The translations under genes were made by a program, and so were the position numbers. Below, piece after piece: positions 51,623-63,370 of a DNA stretch of 64,000 nt. Location: positions 1-64,000 of the IMG/VR virus record IMGVR_UViG_3300021170_000010; one strand, written 5' to 3'. The notes below the pieces were generated by a model, which saw only the letters and a program-made list of their open reading frames with translations, was not told the DNA's origin and searched no databases. Source of the stretch: a virus. How positions within the stretch are numbered: position 1 is the stretch's first letter; the number at the start of each line of letters is the position of its first letter.

Positions 51623-51937
51623 TCACTCATGGCCCACCGCCTTCAGCGCGGCGCGGCAAATCGCCAGCGGCGCAGTATCGGCCCACTCGATATGTTTTTC
51701 TCCGTCGCTCATCTCAATAATGCAGCGCCATATCATTTGGCCGTCCTTGAAGCCGGGAGCGTGGACAGCGGGGTATGTGTCAATCGCCTTGAATATCTTC
51801 ACGTCACGTTGCGAACTCAGCTTCTTCGCTTCTATGAGGAATGCTACTGCCTGACGTTTTGTACTTTTCCCGAACGTCCAAGATGACTCTACTTCTTCCG
51901 GCTTCCAGCAGACTACGTAGCGCGTTATCCGCTTCAT
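51623..51937 (-). CDS. ABA-sandwich-like protein
   Basis: ADTAPLAICRAALKAV C-terminus. Confidence 0.55.
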   Translation of the reverse strand: MKRITRYVVCWKPEEVESSWTFGKSTKRQAVAFLIEAKKLSSQRDVKIFKAIDTYPAVHAPGFKDGQMIWRCIIEMSDGEKHIEWADTAPLAICRAALKAVGHE

Positions 51938-53692
51938 CCCTTTACCTCGATTCCGAAGGCCGCACGGATGCGCTTCTGCAACTCCTCAATACAGCCGTTC
52001 CACCCGGCTCCGTACAGCGGCCCAATAAAGCACTCGGTCATCTTGCTACCCTCGATCTTCTTCATGCACTCCTCCGCCGTCTTCCGCTGGACGCGGAGCA
52101 AGGTGTCGGCAATGCGACTATTCAGTACCGGAGCCTTTAGCTTTGATACTCTCTGTGCCTGCTTCAGTGCTTCTTCGCGGTCCATCATTTACCCTCCACG
52201 ATTGGCCGCAGGATCGCAGCCAGGGCTTTAATGCGAGTCAGGGCGTCGGCATGAATGACATTCCACGTTCGATCATCAATCAACGCCGAAGCACCATTAC
52301 ATAGCATCTCTACAAGTAAATCTTTGTAATCCCATCGGTGCTCATCCGTCAGCCGCTCCTCAACCTGCCAGAGCGTGTCAAGGTCTAGGAGACGCGGGTG
52401 CCAAGCCATGCCACCCGCGTCAGTTTGCATTAACAACCACCACCGGTTCTGTGGCCAGCCGGTACTCCAGTAAGGCGGCAGTTCTGGCTTCGGACTCATG
52501 AACGTGCAGATTACTTCCTCGTCGCTCATTAGAAGTTCCTCCGAAATGCACCACACTTAGGGCAGCTTTCAAACCGTCTCCATCCGTCTTCTGCTTTCCA
52601 ACTATGAGTGCATAGTCTCCTTTCAATCATTTCGTTTGATAACTTGTCGCAGATCGCCTCGCGCTCTCGTCTAGCAACAAGCTCTCTTTCGAGTTCTGCC
52701 ACGCGCCGTTCAAGCTCGTCGCTCATTTGGAGCACCTCCAATGCCATCAGGTAATCCTTCGATGATAAAGCGAACCATTTCCTTTGCCTGATCTGCCGAG
52801 AGAAGATTCGTACCGACTGGTTCATATGTGTGATTGTTCGGATTCAGCTTCTTGGCAGCATTCGCATCGAACTGAATGCCGCAATCCGGCTGAAAGTCCT
52901 TCGGCAGTCTCCATTGCAGGAAACGATTTACCATGTGCGTGATTTGTTCGTCGCTCATTTGCGGGCCTCCAGTGCGGTGTTAAGTCGTTTTACTCCACAT
53001 AAGCACTCTGCCGGGCAAAAGCACTGACAATCTTGCGCCGCCGCCTCGATCTTGCGGAGGGCGGCGAGTTCCTGCGTAGCGTATTCTAGTTGACCGACTG
53101 TAGACGAAGAATACTCACGCCATGAAGCAGTAGCATCGGCCTCGCGGTACTCCGCTATGAGGCGGGGAAGGCGCTCGCGGAGGCACGCGAAGAAGTATGC
53201 GGAGAGGTCATTGGACGGAGATATGGATTGCTGTAATTGCTCCAGTTCCTCGCAGATCTCCGCTATCGGTTGTTCGTCAGGCATTTACAGATCCTCCAGG
53301 AAGCAGCCACCGTCAATCTTCTCGGGAAACGCCATCGTCTCCGCATCGCGTCCAAAATTCCAATCACAGCAGAGTTGATGAGCATCCTCGAATGTGAAAT
53401 TACCTTTGAAGCGCGTTGGTAGGATAGCGCGTGAGATTATCCGATACTCCTTGACGGACGGAGGCAGTTCACTCATAGCTTTCCTTTCATCGCGGCGTCG
53501 GAATATTCAACTCCAGGCAGACAGATACTAAGCTTCGGGGCAGCGCACATATGAGCACCTTGCCATCCTGGATTAGTATCATCATAACGTCGGTGCATAG
53601 CTTCTCCGATTTTGTTCACCGATGATAATCCTTTAACTCTTTGCCGATCTCTCCATCTCTTAACGGCTTCCGTACTTTTGGCCATAGGATAT

Positions 53693-54529
53693 TTATAGAA
53701 TCGGAAATACCTCAGCCTTCATCTGAGGAACGCGGAGCGGATTTGAGTACCCTTCCGGAAGGAACGGCTGAAGATCGCGCTTGATATAATGGCGCGCTCC
53801 GGTATCTACCAGGACTTCAATAACGTCCGCCGTGAATTTCTTCCAGTCGGTCGTCTTCGTTAACCCGATGTAATTCACGCGTCCGATCTTGTAGAGATCA
53901 ACGAAGGTATGAGTCTGACGGATGATCTCAAGCGTCGCAGCCGTATCGAGCACCGGCTCTAAGCTGACCCAGGTGAAGATTCCGTTTTCGTGAAACGCGC
54001 GCAGCGCTTCGATCCGCTTCGCCGGAACCGCCGCATCGCGCTCCCACTTTAGTGAGAAGTTCTCGTCGAGCGAAGTGAGCGTAGACGCGAAGGCGTCTCT
54101 TCCTGACCGGAAGATTTCCATATCCATGAGAGCCTTCGTGCCGCCCTTCGTAAGAGTACATATCCCGAGGCCGTATGCCTGTAGGACTTCGAGCGTCTGG
54201 CGCGTTAGCGTTGTATCTCCAGGAGCGTATGGATCGGTAGTAAAGGAAAGCATCACCTGCTCCGTGATACCAAGAGTCTGATACTTGCGCGCATCCTTCT
54301 CCAGATTGCGGAGGAAGTTCTCGCGCGGCACGGCTCCGGCATCGAATTCTTCGCGCGTCATCCGCAGTACGTTCGGCACGTAGCAGTAGGCACACTTGTG
54401 CCCGCAGCCGCGATACGGATTGGTCGCTAAGGCTGAATATTCACCGGCTTGTCCGGACGGCGCGTAGATGATTGAGCAGCCTTTTACGCTCACTCCGTCG
54501 GCATTAAGTTGAGGTTTTACTTGAGTCAC
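53693..54529 (-). CDS. Spore photoproduct lyase-like radical SAM protein
   Basis: NPY.GC.H.C.YCY, TDPY, LTK, R...L...H..GI.TWVS.EP. Confidence 0.85.
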   Translation of the reverse strand: MTQVKPQLNADGVSVKGCSIIYAPSGQAGEYSALATNPYRGCGHKCAYCYVPNVLRMTREEFDAGAVPRENFLRNLEKDARKYQTLGITEQVMLSFTTDPYAPGDTTLTRQTLEVLQAYGLGICTLTKGGTKALMDMEIFRSGRDAFASTLTSLDENFSLKWERDAAVPAKRIEALRAFHENGIFTWVSLEPVLDTAATLEIIRQTHTFVDLYKIGRVNYIGLTKTTDWKKFTADVIEVLVDTGARHYIKRDLQPFLPEGYSNPLRVPQMKAEVFPIL

Positions 54530-56301
54530 GATCTCCCCTTCTTCGTCCGCTTGATCTCGACCACGCGCTCCGGTTCGCGCTTCTCACCGATCACCGGCGA
54601 CGGCTTCCAGCGCGGAACGTCGAAGCGCGGAGCCGGAAAGAAGTTGATCTTCGAAGGTCGCGTGCCGCCGCAGCGGTTGCACGTTTCGATGCCGTCCTGC
54701 GGCCACTGGTATTGATGGCGGCAGAGGATCGAATTTAGGATGGCCAGAAACGGGTTCACGGCTTTACCTCGGTAGGCGTATCCGCTTTCGGGGTTGATCT
54801 ATCCCATTTTCGTACGGGAGTATCGAACCATTTACGGTATCCAGCTATTGCTAACGCTATCGAGCGGCGGCTCGCGAGCGCTGCGGAGGCCACGCGTTCG
54901 GCGGTCCGCTTCATTTCCAGGTCGCGGTTCGCCGCCTCACGCGCTAATTGAAGCGTCTTCTGCGTGGCCGCGAGTTCTGCTTCGAGTTCGGCTATCCGCC
55001 TCGCCTGTTCCTGAGACTGAGCAACGTGAACGCGCGTTGATTCTTCGCGGTCCGGATCGTAGTCCATCTGGTGGTGCTGGTATCCGCTCATCCGATAACC
55101 TCCGCGAAGATCTCCGGAGCCTTCTCGCGGAAGGCGTCTATTACCACGTCGTGCGTGATCCGTCTGCCTTCTAGGACGTCGAGATGGTTGCGGACCTCCT
55201 GAGCGTCGCGGAACTTCGTTACGCGCTGGAAATCCGATAGCTGGCCTTCGAGGACTTCAACTTGATCTTCCGCGATGCGCATCCGCGAAGCGTATTCTTC
55301 GGCTAGCGCTTCGGCCTTCCGCAGTGCCATGACGAGTCCGAGTTCTTCACCGACCTTGATCAGGCAGGCCGGAGTCGCGGACGGATTCTTACCGAAGTGG
55401 TCTTCCGCCGCGCCCCAGACCGTGAACGTCTCGCCGCAGTGATAGCAGGTCCAGCCGTGCGGCGGCTTAGGGTAGGTTCCGTAAGAAGCTTCGATCATGG
55501 CGTATTCCTTTCTCGATGATTGATAAATGAATTAGCTTACGACGGAAGCAACAAACAGAAGGACTCCGGGGACGAATAGCCACGGATGACGCAGCGCAGC
55601 CGGAGAAAATACCAACCCGCCGCTAAAGTAAGCCATCCAGATTGGAATCAATTCGACTATCGTCCGCTTGATCTCTGAGAAGTCCTTTTCGGGGAGGATG
55701 TTCATTTTCTCTTCTCCTGCGCGCGCCTGATGTCGGACTTCAGACATTCGATCTTCATCTCGATGCTCTCGCGGACTTCTGCGAGCGCGTCGAGCGTCTC
55801 CTCCTGGCTGACGCTCGTATCGGAGAATATGTTATCCACCGCTTCGATAGCCAACGCGATCTTCCTCTTCATCTCTTCCTCCAATACATAATCCACGCTT
55901 CGATTAACGTCTTCCCGCGTCCCTGCCGCCGTTCCGGGTCCTGGAAGTCTACGACCCACGGACGATGCGCTCCCGGCAGATAATCGATGCCGGAAGTGAA
56001 GAGCGGCAGGACGTCGCCGAGAATCCGCTGGATCATCTCCGCGCCTTCTTCTTCCGCTCGACCGCGCAGTCGCAGTTCATAAACGGCTTGAAGCAGTTCG
56101 AGCAGCGCGTTTCCGAGACTTCCACGATCTTTTCTTTGCCTAGCTGAGAACGTAGCTTCATCGCGTTTCGATAGACCGGCGGGATCTTCTTGCCGTACGT
56201 ATAGCAGGTGACGAATTCGTTCCCTGGATAGTTAAGGTTCGATATCACGTGCTCGGTGAGAGCGACGAGCACGTCCGCGAGTTCCTGGTAGGACGGAGCG
56301 C

Positions 56302-56646
56302 TCATACTCCGCCCCGCGCTTTAGCAAGAGCGGAATCGGCTGCGTCGCAAGCCATACCTAAATCCGCGAGAAGTTCGGAATCAGCCGTACTTGAAAATAG
56401 ATCGCGTATTTCGGATCGAAGACGTTCCAGCGCCTCGTAGAGTTCCGACGCTGCGGCGTATAGATGAGCATTCCCCGGACCTTCCGGAGTGCCGGAGCAG
56501 GAATGATGATTCATCACCTGAGCGAGCCAGCAGGCATCTTTATCCGAGACGATCTCGAAGCAATCGACGCGCTGGCCGCAGATTACTACTTTCTGCTTGA
56601 CGTCCGAAACGCGGTGAGGCCCCGGCGTCCATAATCCATTCGGCAT
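56302..56646 (-). CDS. Phage protein of the 'TPGP...NA.L.AAA.ELYEAL' family
   Basis: Paralog of 3414-3773. Confidence 0.65.
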   Translation of the reverse strand: MPNGLWTPGPHRVSDVKQKVVICGQRVDCFEIVSDKDACWLAQVMNHHSCSGTPEGPGNAHLYAAASELYEALERLRSEIRDLFSSTADSELLADLGMACDAADSALAKARGGV

Positions 56647-56650
56647 AAAT

Positions 56651-57220
56651 CTATGGCCTAACCTTCCGAATAAGATCCGCCTCGCACTTCGGAGGCTTCG
56701 GTACTTCGTGCGCGGCTTCGAACGTCTTAATCTGGCGTTCCATCTTCTGATGGATCACCTCGAAGCTATCTTCGACTGGCCTATGCTGAGAAATCGCATC
56801 CGCAATCTTTTGGTCATCTCTGGCATAGGAATCCAGAATCTGGATATACTTCGAACGGACGCACGGGTCTTTGATAGAGTTTGCCCATTCTCGTATGCAG
56901 GCGATCCGGAGATCGTTCGCCTTGACTTCGTTTAGCGAGTGATTCTCCGACGGATTAAGGTAGAGAACGGGGTTGAGCTTCCGTATCACCGCATACGTTC
57001 CGCCTTCTTCGTCGCAGGGAACCTCTTCGGGGATAATCGCGTTGCCGCGAATAGAACTACTCTGCGAGTTCTTCTGAACCGTACCAGCGGAAACCGGACT
57101 GGTTCCGGCTTCGAAGGTATAGACCGGAGTGACGTGGTCCCAATACGTAACGAATAGTAGCGCGCAGATTATGACTACCGCGAATATGGGTACGCCCGCA
57201 ATATCCAGAAATCGTTTCAC
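56651..57220 (-). CDS. Membrane-anchored hypothetical protein
   Basis: N-terminal TM helix. Confidence 0.55.
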   Translation of the reverse strand: MKRFLDIAGVPIFAVVIICALLFVTYWDHVTPVYTFEAGTSPVSAGTVQKNSQSSSIRGNAIIPEEVPCDEEGGTYAVIRKLNPVLYLNPSENHSLNEVKANDLRIACIREWANSIKDPCVRSKYIQILDSYARDDQKIADAISQHRPVEDSFEVIHQKMERQIKTFEAAHEVPKPPKCEADLIRKVRP

Positions 57221-57399
57221 GCCATCCTCCGCGCCGTAAGCCTTTCAATATCCGCCCGCCAGATCATCCATTTATGATTGCCTGGTTGCTTTTCGCCAGG
57301 GATCTTCTTCGAATGCAGCCAGCGACGTATCGTCGTCGCCTTTACTCCGTAGATCGACGCTACCTCATCGATTGTTATAAATTCGCTCTGCGCGTCCAT
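57217..57399 (-). CDS. Excisionase/MerR-like HTH protein
   Basis: ITIDEVA..YGV...TIRRW.....IPG.K....W.I. Confidence 0.85.
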   Translation of the reverse strand: MDAQSEFITIDEVASIYGVKATTIRRWLHSKKIPGEKQPGNHKWMIWRADIERLTARRMA

Positions 57400-57600
57400 C
57401 GACTGATCTTAATACGTATTCTACGCGCTTGTCTAGTAGTTTTTAGGATTATGCGCTATTCTTCGCGCCTAGATTCCGTAGAAAGTTGTTTACTTGCTAA
57501 CGCTTTACTGCGTAAACTAAATTCGGAAACGCTCTGCGGTTCCCGGCGGCTCTTCGGCGCTGAGAAACCTCCGTTGAGCAACGGAAAGTACCAAACTTTT
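57400..57600. promoter_or_regulatory. Divergent early/late control region
   Basis: AT-rich strand switch; TAAGAT on the - strand; TTTACT..TAAACT on the + strand. Confidence 0.55.
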
Positions 57601-58123
57601 CGTTGCGGCGTCCCCAAAATCCCTCAATCATGCCGGTCGGCACGCGGATCACCCAGGATTCGATAGAGAAGTTCAGGTTCGACGGAGCGCTTCCGCTGCG
57701 CAGGCGCTCGGACGGCGCATTCCTCGATACCGTTTCGTTCTCGGACCTCCGCGCAGAAGTGATCGCCTACGACGTCGAAGCTGTCTTAACAGGTGACGGC
57801 AGGCCGAAGTACTTCCGCAGGATCGACGCGCAGAAGCCAGCCGTAGCTCCCGTCTTCGTGCCGCGCCGGTCTACTTCTCCCGAGATCTACCAGTCGAACG
57901 TCAACGCGCTCTTCCAGCACGCGAAGATCCGCCACTACAAAGAACATCTCGACGCGGTGACCGTGGACCGTTCATCCGGATATCCGCGCGTCGTCGGAGA
58001 ATCCGATTCATCCGGAGGATCGTTTACGTATTCGTTTCAGCTTCTTAGGTCGAAGCATGATCCGAGAAAGCGAGCCGAAATCTGACGCGCCTCACCGTCC
58101 GTGAAGCTCAGGCCGTCGAATCG

Positions 58124-58342
58124 ATGGCTTCCGGCTCCTGTCTGAAAGAAACCGCGCACGCTATGGGAATCTCGGAAGGTTCCCTTAAAGCCAGCCTCGG
58201 AATCGCTCACGCTCGTACCGGCATGTCCACGTACCAGCTCTGCTACGCGCTCGGCAGAGGTGAGATCGAAGTACGTAATCTGACGCGCGGCAAGCAGAAG
58301 ATCGGCGTGCTCAAAGCTAATCTCCCGGAGAAGGCCGCATGA
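58124..58342 (+). CDS. LuxR-type HTH regulator (true start probably upstream)
   Basis: LT.RE.Q....MASG...KE.A..MGISE.S.K. Confidence 0.65.
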   Translation: MASGSCLKETAHAMGISEGSLKASLGIAHARTGMSTYQLCYALGRGEIEVRNLTRGKQKIGVLKANLPEKAA

Positions 58343-59081
58343 CTACGCGCGGAGCGAAGTACCTGGCAGCCGAAAGAATGGCCCTCGCCGCGACGGAGGA
58401 AGCCGAAGCTGCGTCGCCGGAGCCTTCCGCGTCTATTCCCACCGTCCGCGCCTCCGCGCCGCTCTTCGAACTCGCTGCGGCCCACGACGGCCAGCCGCCG
58501 GAACCCTGGCTCGTCCGCTTGTTCCTGGTCCTCTTCGGGGATAGAGCCGCGAAGAAGATGGCGGTAGAATAAACGTATGGCGTGGCAGTTTAATCCTTCA
58601 TTTGAGACCGGTTCTCTAGTGACCGTCGCGTCTGATATCAGTCGCTACGGCGGACATTACGGATTTTCTTCTCCTAGTGGCGAAGCGTTTTTCAATAGGG
58701 CTATCGAAGAATTCCTTAAACCGAATCTAAACGGATGGCTGTCGCTTACGGGATCTATCTGCCGGGACTATATCGCGGATAGGTTTATTCTTTCGGTTCA
58801 AGGCGTTAAGCCGAACTTTGAGACGTTTACCTCTTCTAGGGTAATTGAATCGTCGAAACTTCGGAATAACGGACTGGAAGAGTTGCGCAACGGCGTAGAA
58901 TGGCTGGTCGATGAACTTAACGGAACCCACCGGAATCATCTACCGAAGTCTCCCGCGCCATCTTCCGCTATGATCGAACCGTCCGGTGAACGCCAGATCA
59001 TTCTCGATTGAAGCGAGAAAGCGCTTAGTATTAGGATTTTTTATACTAACGCAGTAGCGTATTACGTAGGTTTACAGTATC

Positions 59082-59744
59082 GTGCCGATTGACCTCAACG
59101 CCCCGTTTCTCTGGACTAAAAAGCGTGAGCAAGCCTGTGCTCTTCTCGTCGAAGGACGGCTCCAGGAATTCGAGATCTGCGCGAAGATCGGCGTTTCCCG
59201 CCAGTCTCTTCATGCCTGGAAGCAGCATTCGGAGTTTAAGGCGAAGTACGACGCGCTGTTCGAGGAATCAATCGAAGGCATCCGCAAGCGCTACTGGGCC
59301 GTAAAAGAGCGTCGGATCGAAAGCTATTTCTCCGACCTCGATAAACTTGAGCAGATCGAGAAGGAACGTGGCGAACAAGTAGCGCTTCTCGCGGCGCAGG
59401 AGCCCATAGGCGACGTCGAAGCGGAAGGCGGCGTAAACTACGCCGGTGGCGCTAGCACCGGATTCATCACGCGGGACTATCGCGGTAAGGACGGCCAGAA
59501 GGTCGTCTATCAATTTGACGCGGCTCTCTTTCAAGCGAAACTGACGGCGCGCAAGCAGCTTTCACAGGAACTCGGCCAGTGGGTTGAAAAGCAGGCGCAG
59601 ACGACTCCGGATGGTGCGGAGGCCGCTACCACGAATCTGGCGCTGATTCCGAATGATAATCTCGTGAAGGCGATAGAGTTGCTGACGCCGAAGACGGAGC
59701 AGGCAGCGCCTCCGGCGCAGGTCGAAGGCGAAGAGAAGAAGTGA
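59082..59744 (+). CDS. terS: Terminase small subunit
   Basis: N-terminal HTH (IC.KIGVSRQSL..WK...EF); upstream of TerL. Confidence 0.7.
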   Translation: MPIDLNAPFLWTKKREQACALLVEGRLQEFEICAKIGVSRQSLHAWKQHSEFKAKYDALFEESIEGIRKRYWAVKERRIESYFSDLDKLEQIEKERGEQVALLAAQEPIGDVEAEGGVNYAGGASTGFITRDYRGKDGQKVVYQFDAALFQAKLTARKQLSQELGQWVEKQAQTTPDGAEAATTNLALIPNDNLVKAIELLTPKTEQAAPPAQVEGEEKK

Positions 59745-59937
59745 TGCTTACGCTTATCGATAGAAACGGAACGCGTGAACGTCCTATCTGCGTCGAATGC
59801 CGGAAGTTTCATAGACCTGAAAATTGTCCGAAACTCCGAGCGAAAAAGCGGCGTAAGCGGCTCGCAGATAAGCGCTTCTTCGAGGGATTAATTGCCTATC
59901 GAGAAGCGCTTGAGGCTGCGCGAGAGGCTCGTCAGGC

Positions 59938-60501
59938 GTGAGCGGTACGCGAAAAAACTGTAGCGTTCAGGGTGCTACAGTTAAGGTCCAAAGTGTAGCG
60001 TCTTGGGCGCTACAGTTTCCAGTATCATGGTCACGTAAGCCGTCTAGCGTAACCCTAGACTTTTCTTTGAGTTCTCTCGCCTATCGGCTATATGATCTGC
60101 TAGCGCTAAAGAATTATAAGAAGCACTTCGGAACGAATTTGGTCGAAGCGTCGGCGCGCGAACTCGCTCCAGTAGTTAAAAAACATCCAACAACTGTAGC
60201 GCGGGCATTGAAGGAATTGGAAGGCGTTCGACCGGAGGGGCAACCGAGGGGACACGCCCATACTGAACGCCTTAGCAGGCGCGGTCAGAAGTCTTTATAT
60301 CGGTTGACTTCTCTCGTATTCGATCAAGCCGTACGAGTTGAAGCGGCTCCGAATCAAGTCGTCGATGTCCAGGGCCGAGACTTGGAGAAAGTACGCTCTT
60401 CCCGTTATTGTCCGAAGTGCGGAAGAAAGGCTCGTAGTACTTCAGGAGTCTGCGACCGCTGCTTAAAGGATTGGGCCAAAAAGACTCAACAGGCCGGATA
60501 A
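59938..60501 (+). CDS. wHTH plus C-terminal zinc-finger protein
   Basis: S.RELA......TV.RAL.EL; CPKC..CDRC. Confidence 0.6.
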   Translation: MSGTRKNCSVQGATVKVQSVASWALQFPVSWSRKPSSVTLDFSLSSLAYRLYDLLALKNYKKHFGTNLVEASARELAPVVKKHPTTVARALKELEGVRPEGQPRGHAHTERLSRRGQKSLYRLTSLVFDQAVRVEAAPNQVVDVQGRDLEKVRSSRYCPKCGRKARSTSGVCDRCLKDWAKKTQQAG

Positions 60502-60841
60502 AGAAATTGGTCGTTATTGAAAAAGACGGAACGGAAAAGCGCCGATGCGCGTGGTGCGAAACGCTCCGTACCGATACGTATTGCTGCAATCCTGAGCGGC
60601 GTAAGGTTAACCGTCAGTACATGTGCGGTCAATGCCATACGTCGATACTCCAGCACGTCATCGCGCATTACCAAGAGCAGATCTCGAATGGAACTCCGCG
60701 TGAAGAGCGCATGGTCCTAATGCCGCTAAGAGTTTTCAGCAACAAACTTTGCGATGAAATTAGGGATGCTCTTCAGGAGATCGACGATAGACCTAACGTG
60801 ATACCGTTTCCCTGCGGGAACGCGTCTTAAAGGTAATCTAA

Positions 60842-61009
60842 ATGACCATCTTCATTTCACTGCTCGTAGCTCTCGTCGGCGTGCTGATGTACGCCTTAAG
60901 CGTCAACCCAAAACTCCAGGAGATCGGGCGCATCTCGTTCTTCTGCGGCCTGTTCGTCTTCCTGCTCCGGCTCAGTCCGGAGACGGTGTCACTGTTCGGC
61001 GCTCACTGA
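60842..61009 (+). CDS. Small two-TM membrane protein (absent from ORF track)
   Basis: MTIFISLLVALVGVLMYALS...ISFFCGLFVFLL. Confidence 0.6.
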   Translation: MTIFISLLVALVGVLMYALSVNPKLQEIGRISFFCGLFVFLLRLSPETVSLFGAH

Positions 61010-61234
61010 TCAATGCCGATGCCGTTTCCTTCCGCTCCGTCCGATTACGTTATGCTGACGTGCGCCGTCGTGCTCGTTGCCATACTGATCGTCTGGATGT
61101 GGAAGCCGCGCTCTCAGCGCTATCCGCAGTGGCGCTGCGGCGGTTGCGGAAAGAATTTTACGGTTCTCGACGTTCAATCCCCTGGTTACGTGATCGAATG
61201 TCCGAACTGCGCGAAGAAGGAGAACGTCCGCTAG

Positions 61235-62785
61235 ATGGCCGCAGCTCTCGTAGTTCCCGGCGTAGGACGCGTCACGCTGACGGACCTTCACCGCGAGCTT
61301 GCGCGCCGTGACGCCCTTTACTTCGACTGGTGGACTTCGGACTTCAAGCGCTCACGTCCTAAGCATCTTCAATTCATCAGCGAAAAGATCTGTAGGCAGC
61401 TGGATCGCGGCGGCGCGCGCATCATCGTCTGCGCTCCTCCAGGCCACGGTAAATCCGAACTGATCAGCCGCGCGGTGTCGGCGTGGTTTATTTGGAAGTA
61501 TCCGGAGCGGCGCATCGGATTGCTCGGATATTCCGATGCGTTCGCGGATTCGTGGGGACGGAAGGTACGTGACCTCCTCGTCGAACACTCCGAACTCGGC
61601 GTGGCGCTCGATCAGGGGAAAGACGCGGCAGTCGGAGAGTGGCGCACGAAGAAGGGCGGCGGAATGATCTGCGCCGGAATTATGGGCGGAATCATGGGGC
61701 GCAGGCTTCACCTTGCAACTGTCGATGATCCCGTCAAAAATGCCGCCGACGCTTATTCTCCGACGTACCAGTACAACATGAGGCAGACGTATCAATCGAC
61801 CATCGGCAGCCGCTTGGAGCCAAACGCATCTGTGATCGTCACGATGCAGCGCTGGCCTTCGAGCGACTTCGTTACTTGGTTGATCGAGCAGAAGGAATCC
61901 GGACGTGAAGATTGGGAATTGATCCTGCTGCCAGCCATCGCTGAAGCGGACGACCCGATAGGACGTCAGATGGGCGAGCCGCTCTGGCCGGAGCGCTACG
62001 ACCTCAACGCCCTGGAAGCCAAGCGCCTCTCGCTCGAAGATCCGGCCTTCTGGCGCTCGCAGTGGCAGCAGTCGCCGCCGGAGGCATCTACCGAAGGTCT
62101 GGCGTATCACGCCTTCAGCGCGCAGCATTCCTTCGTTCCCTGCGACTACGATCCGAAGCTGCCGCTCTGCTTGGCCTGCGATTTCAACGTTGACCCGATG
62201 GCGTGGCTGATCGCGCAGGTCCAGCGCGACTTCTCGCCGCAGTGGTACGACACAATGGGACTCGTCACTCATGAGGAGACGAGCAACAAGACCATCCGCA
62301 TCCTCGACGAGATCTTCCTCGCGAACACGACCACGCAGGCGGCGACGTATGAATTCATAGAGCGCGCCGAACGGCTAGTACCGCGCGGCCAGAAGATCGA
62401 GGTCATAGTCTACGGCGACGCCAGCGGCCATTCTAGGAAGACTTCCGGCTTGATGGACTACCGCGTCATCCAGGAGCGGCTCGAACGCGCTGGCAGGTTC
62501 GTGGTTTCAGTGCGGGCTACGCATAAAGATCCTCCGGTACGCGACCGCGTTACGACGGTGAACAACGCATTTCTGAACGCTCGCGGAGAGCGGCGCTTGC
62601 TGGTAGATCCGCGATGCAAAGAATTGAAGAAAGACTTCATGCAGATGAGGTGGAAGCGCGACGTCGCTGGAAATCCGACGGGCGAACTGGATAAGTCGAA
62701 CACGCAGCGGTCGCACATAAGCGACGCGCTCGGATACCTATGCTGGGGCGAACTCAAGATGCAGGGAAAGGCAGGCTGGCAATGA
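61235..62785 (+). CDS. terL: Terminase large subunit
   Basis: PPGHGKS, DDP.K, MQRW, LWPER, DFNVDPM, DE, GDASG, H.SDALGY. Confidence 0.93.
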   Translation: MAAALVVPGVGRVTLTDLHRELARRDALYFDWWTSDFKRSRPKHLQFISEKICRQLDRGGARIIVCAPPGHGKSELISRAVSAWFIWKYPERRIGLLGYSDAFADSWGRKVRDLLVEHSELGVALDQGKDAAVGEWRTKKGGGMICAGIMGGIMGRRLHLATVDDPVKNAADAYSPTYQYNMRQTYQSTIGSRLEPNASVIVTMQRWPSSDFVTWLIEQKESGREDWELILLPAIAEADDPIGRQMGEPLWPERYDLNALEAKRLSLEDPAFWRSQWQQSPPEASTEGLAYHAFSAQHSFVPCDYDPKLPLCLACDFNVDPMAWLIAQVQRDFSPQWYDTMGLVTHEETSNKTIRILDEIFLANTTTQAATYEFIERAERLVPRGQKIEVIVYGDASGHSRKTSGLMDYRVIQERLERAGRFVVSVRATHKDPPVRDRVTTVNNAFLNARGERRLLVDPRCKELKKDFMQMRWKRDVAGNPTGELDKSNTQRSHISDALGYLCWGELKMQGKAGWQ

Positions 62786-63370
62786 AACTTCTTTTGACCG
62801 ATACGCTGTTGTTCCTTCTGGAGAACGCGCGGAGGACGGGCGACAACGCCGCGCACCAGAAAGCTACGCAACTGACGGCTGCGTTCGAAGCGGAAATGAG
62901 GGCGTCGTCGGAAGAACCTGAAGCCGCGCAGCAGAAACCGACCAAACCGGTCCTGACTGGGATCATAACTGGATCTCAAACGCCGGAGAAGCTGAAGTGA
63001 CCAAGTACGAATTCACCGTCACGATTGGAGCGTCTGCGCTGAACTTGGCGGCGCAGGCATTTCTCGGAACGGTCAACGTGGCGTATCCCGCAGGATGGAT
63101 CGCGGCATACGGAACCGGTACCTTGCGAGCGGCCAAGCTGTCGTTTCAAATGCTCGAAGGTGGATCGGGGCGCGGGTTCGTCGGCAATTCTTCCGTGACC
63201 GCAGCCGGTGCGAACGCGGATTACGAGTTGGCGGCGGCTTCGGCGACGGCTCCCGGCGGATTCGCCAGCGTCGAATCCCATACAGACGCGAACATCGTAG
63301 ACCTCGCGCAGTACTGGATCCACGGCTCGAATTCCGGCGACAAGGCGCTGGTAAGCTTCCAGACCGTTTA

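Noticed and set aside
7972-62272. Long antisense ORFs (e.g. 7972-8847, 45631-46650, 61352-62272)
   Set aside because: Shadow frames opposite well-supported genes in GC-rich DNA; no motifs
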